A DNA stretch of 64,000 nt from Mytilus trossulus. Lineage: Eukaryota. The stretch is taken from NCBI RefSeq assembly GCF_036588685.1, contig NC_086384.1, positions 41,168,001 through 41,232,000 of the forward strand. Reading direction: 5' to 3'. The position numbers and the translations under genes were made by a program. The notes beneath the pieces are model-generated. The model worked only from the letters and a program-made list of their open reading frames with translations, did no database searches and was not told the origin of the DNA. Shown here in pieces: positions 61,421-64,000 of this stretch (its first letter is position 1; each line of letters opens with the position of its first letter).

Positions 61421-64000
61421 TCATTCCTGTTTGTAATTTCAAAAAAGATTGAATGACATGCAAGGTCAATCTCATATGCATATTACTTTGCTAGACCCTA
61501 GCTAACACCTGTCAATTTATTCCAAACTTAGACATTGTGGAAGTCTTTTACCTTTACTATAGACAGGTCAGTCAGACCTCACCGTTGATCCCTGTAGTAG
61601 TAAACATTTGTCTGATTTTGCTCATAACTTTTGTACTGAACAACACAAACTTAGTTTTCTTTCCAGGGAAGCAAGTCCACTCATACTTTTATAAGCTCGT
61701 ACTAAAGACAACTTGAACTACTAACAGTCAACTAATACGAACAATTGCAATCAACTAAAAGAACTGCGATCATTGCAAATTTGTACCACTGCTGACTCGT
61801 GAAAGACTCATGACCATTCGTGGTCATGTGCGTTGCTATTGAAAACCTTGATAAAATATGAATTATTTGCCATAAAGATTAATTCATTAAATGAACATAA
61901 ATGTACAATTATATATGAATGTTTAATGTTTGTTCTTTTAAATCTTAAAAAAAAAATTGAAGCAACATTGCTACAATCCTCATAATTATGTTTGCCTTGG
62001 TTTTTGGTTAACTGCCTACAGTGCTTACAGCGCTTTGATTTTAATAACAAACAATTTTTTTTTAAATGAATTAGCATTAGTTCAGTTTTAGACATACTTT
62101 CATTATACATTTTAATCAAAGTCTCATGTAAACAAGACCGGAAATGGAAGTAGATTTCTGCGACGCTCTGGAAATTCAAAAACACGACAAAAAAAAGAAA
62201 AGAATGAATGATTTTGAGTTCATTAGTGCATGTAGTACAAATGTAGTACAATCAAAAATTTGGGAAATGATTTTTTTTTTTTTTTTTTTTTTTTAATTGA
62301 ATTTTCTACTGTAATAGGGAACTTCGTCCCCATATTATCTATTTTTTTTTATGCCTTACTTCGATCGCAGGAAAGCGTGCATGTTCAAGCAAAAATTTAA
62401 AATAGCCTTCCAAGATGTCATTATTATTTGGACTAATTTCACTAGCACTTGTCACTTTCGTAATTATCTTGACCGCACGAATAATCGTATTAATAGAAAA
62501 TTATATAAACAAACATTGGATTGTTTACGAAAACAGTGGTAATTTTCATCATATGCATAGTAAAACAATAACTTACATGTAAATTGTCTATATTTAACAT
62601 TCCTTGAGGTAAAAATCAATTGTTTTCTCTATAAGATTCAATCATGAATCATATTTTGTACAGTACTCTGTTGCTTCAAAACTGTTCAAACATAATTACA
62701 AACTTCATTAAAATGTGGGCCATTAAACCTTTTGATTTTGTTCCAAGGGAAATAACTTGTTTGGTCTTACTTAAAGATGACTTGCAGAACAGATATTAAA
62801 AAAAAATTATGGCAGGGTTTTAAAATACAACAGACATGACAGAAAAGGCCAGCATGGCGCCAATTTTTTTTCATGAAAAAGTGCAAGGCGTAGGAAACAC
62901 TAATAACTAAATTCAATAACTTACAAATCGAACATAATAACTACTGATGAAAGTTTTCAAACGATTGCTGATCATGCCAATTATTTATTTATTTATATTA
63001 AAAGAAATAAAAAAAACCAAGGGATAAGGAATGTTTATTCCAGGTTGAAATATCTGAAAGTGGAATATTTCCCGATTTTCGTCTTCTGTATTGCGTATTC
63101 TTCTCAAATCAGGAGGCTTGGCAGGTACATGTATGCTTCTGTCCAACATGGTTACAAATTTATTACCTAGGCTACAAAAGTAAACTTGTACATGTACCAT
63201 GTCAACTTGTACCGCTAAAATTTAACTTGAGAAATGTGTACGATAAACATAATAAATCAAGTGTATACATCATACATGTAGGTAAAAAAAAAAAAAAATA
63301 CTAGTTGCATGCCCTGTAATGTTTTGAGTGTTACATTTGTTTATCAGGGCAGCTGGTTCAAAATTCCTGGTTGCCTTGCTTGACTCATAAAATAAAGGAC
63401 CTTAATTCTTTATTTTTTTTAATTTTTCAGATCTTTGATCCTTTTTCTCTCTTTTTTTTTATTTTGCCCATTATACTCTGTTCTGATGTCAGATGGTGGT
63501 TTTAAATCCAAAGCCTTGTGAATAGAGAATGCCACTTTAATGCCAAGTTAAGAACTATTGCAACAACTCTTTGAGAGTTCTGTAGGTGACCTGTTGCAAA
63601 GCTAAATTTCTGTCCCTATCCAACATACCCTTATTTTCCAGTGGGGGGTGAAAATTCATCAGCATCCTCTTTAACAGTACCTACCTATCATGTCTGTTGT
63701 ATTTATTGTTAATTAATTCTTCATTGTCATTATCATTCATTATATATTTGCTATTGGAAATGAAGCCCTAAACAATCATTCAATCAGTTTATTCTGTATT
63801 ACACTTCTTTTTTCCCCTATTTTTCTCTTTTTTCTTTTTTCCCCTATTTTTCTCTTTTTTCTTTTTTAAAGCCTTTTGTTCTGCAGTTTAAACTCATCTG
63901 TTACTCTTTTGTAATATATGAAATACATTTGTGTAATCATGTTAATTGTGTTTATAATTTAATGGAAAGAAATAGATATGTATGATATTGGCGTCTAGAT

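Noticed and set aside
61808-62251. 147-aa ORF containing CxxC
   Set aside because: No recognisable domain or exon structure. It could be a decayed transposon piece, but I cannot support that.

Overview
AT-rich, intron-containing animal genomic DNA. The interspersed repeats resemble ones I associate with bivalves such as Mytilus, which is an inference. I reconstructed three spliced cell-surface receptor-like genes by hand, each with consistent GT-AG junctions and exon phases. (1) A + strand gene (CDS 2218-11947, ~908 aa): signal peptide, IgGFc-binding-protein N-terminal-type domain, Cys-rich linker, three Ig domains with a Thr-rich segment, and a membrane anchor. (2, 3) Two tandem - strand paralogues (CDS 12481-25699, ~538 aa; 29022-40864, ~477 aa): signal peptide, two atypical C-type-lectin-like domains, Sushi/CCP, Thr-rich stalk, CxCxC, coiled coil and anchor. 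The most striking observation is that these unrelated ectodomains all end in the same ungapped ~63-aa juxtamembrane/transmembrane module (L.V...LSS.IRR.TCA.D.RPS....G..GA...V.VF......DI), encoded in a phase-1 terminal exon. The lectin paralogues also show small tandem duplications that capture exon ends and splice donors (72 bp x2, 141 bp x6, and a 363-bp-period duplication of the whole signal-peptide exon). Paralogue B has a 2-nt frameshift in its TM helix. The rest of the window holds an intronless class A GPCR with a homopolymer frameshift, an intact BEL/Pao LTR retrotransposon with identical LTRs and a 5-bp TSD nested in a MITE, Penelope-like RT fragments, and many MITEs, palindromes and satellites.
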